Below, piece after piece: positions 62,601-64,000 of a stretch of DNA of 64,000 nt (the stretch's first letter is position 1; every line of letters starts with the position of its first letter). The position numbers were made by a program, and so were the translations under genes. Origin of the DNA: Camelus ferus (lineage: Eukaryota); NCBI RefSeq assembly GCF_009834535.1, contig NC_045697.1, forward strand, positions 23,748,001 to 23,812,000, written 5' to 3'. The notes beneath the pieces are model-generated. The model saw nothing but the letters and a program-made list of their open reading frames with translations, did not search any database and was not told the DNA's origin.

Positions 62601-64000
62601 GGCTGGCATGAATGAAAGGTAAATAATTACTTCAGATTGTTAACTGCAGGTTGAAAAAGAAGTTTAACCTCAAAGATCATCTATTGCCTGTTGGTTGTGA
62701 TTATTTAAGGCTTCATGCTTTGGATACATAGGCCATATTCTGGCTCAGTGGGAAAGTAGGTCATTCAGAGATGTCTTCTATGACTTCAGAGGGGTTGATA
62801 TTTGCTGGCTTCTAGAACTTCTCATTAAAAACAACAACAAAAAAAAACCTGAAATCTAATTTTGACATTAAAATTTAACCCTGGTTTATAATCAGAGATT
62901 TAAAGTGCTTTATCCCTCATGGGGGAGGTAGTGGTGGAGGTGGAAGGAAATATTAATCACTGGCTTGATAGATTTAGAAGATCCCCAAATCAGAGTGGTG
63001 ATGCTAGGTCCCTTTTCTTCACATACTCAGCCCCTCTCTTTCTCTTTCCATGTCTATCTTTCCATCTTTCCTTTTTCTCTGCTACCCCATCTTTCTGACT
63101 CCCATGCTTATATCTTTATCTTTCCAATGAAGCTAATCCCTTGCATTCTCAGATACTAGTTAGTTCCACTGACAATATTATCAAATAATGTTTATTTTTT
63201 CCTTCTCTTTAACTTGTGAGTGATCTAATTACCACTCTTCTTCAGCAAATTAATTTTTAAACAATAAAATTTTCTCAAATTAACATTGTATGCCAATATT
63301 TTTCTATCCTAAAAAAAGGCATCAAAGTCATCTAATGAAATTCCAAGACTACACTTTTATGTGTGTGCTAGCACAGTCCTGCATACATAAAGAAATTAGC
63401 ATTAGGTGAATAAGTGATTTAAACAACTATGTAGCTACCTTTACTATCCCAATGATTTTCTTGAAGGTTGCAATAAATACTAAAAAAGAAATTAGATATA
63501 AAATAAAATAGTAAAACTGTGATTTTGCTAAGTCTATGTCAGGACCTTAGGTCTTATTACTATTTTCAGACCTGTACATATTCAATTACAGCATGTTGAC
63601 TCTTCAATTGAGCCCTCCCTCAGCATCAGATAGAGTGTGATTTTAAATTAGAAGGCAAAAGAGCAAAATTTTTCAATTACACAAAGCGTATTCCCTGCAT
63701 TAACACCAAAGAGAGATATCAAATCAGAATTATCAAAAGAGGCATACTTTCTAAAATTATAGAAGTTATATGCTGGCTTCATAATAATTTCTAGTTTTCT
63801 ATAAAGAATAATTTTGGAAATACAGGAATACAGTTTCACTCTGTACCCAACAGTGGGGAGAAAAACAAAACAAAGTCCTACAAATGTAAAATACTCTCAC
63901 CATTTTGTATCAACAGTCCCATCATCAATTATTAAATTTTTACTACAGCTAGTCTGCATTGATTCCTTTCTTCTTAAAACTCATTCAAATCCTCCCAGGT

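Noticed and set aside
1..64000. The many 60-134 aa ORFs in the six-frame track as genes
   Set aside because: They are short, low-complexity or overlap repeats and microsatellites. None matches a cellular protein I recognise, and their frequency is what AT-rich non-coding DNA gives by chance.

Overview
AT-rich, CpG-poor mammalian genomic DNA that is intergenic or lies inside a very long intron. It is most likely camelid (alpaca/llama/camel), based on a Vic-1-type tRNA-derived SINE at ~53952 and a camelid-type L1 3' end at ~47808. I can support no intact protein-coding gene, rRNA, tRNA gene or CRISPR array. The short ORFs in the track are chance ORFs or decayed L1/L2/LTR sequence; only 25708-25917 is clearly recognisable, as an L1 ORF1p relic. 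Most of the window is a layered fossil record of transposable elements: L2, MIR, MER5/MER20/MER58, MLT1/MLT2, L1 fragments, a Tigger derivative, and several ERV solo LTRs, three of them with exact target-site duplications (TSDs). Worth a second look: two adjacent ancient hairpin/palindromic elements at ~12.3-12.7 kb; two young solo LTRs (26589-27201 with a 6-bp TSD, 53422-53874 with a 4-bp TSD); an LTR cluster at 50-54.4 kb; a possible decayed retroviral RT relic at ~22.2-22.7 kb; a few well-formed candidate + strand exons; and several short duplications. I did not find convincing evidence of a new biological system. Repeat family names come from recalled consensus motifs, not a database search, and boundaries without TSDs are approximate.
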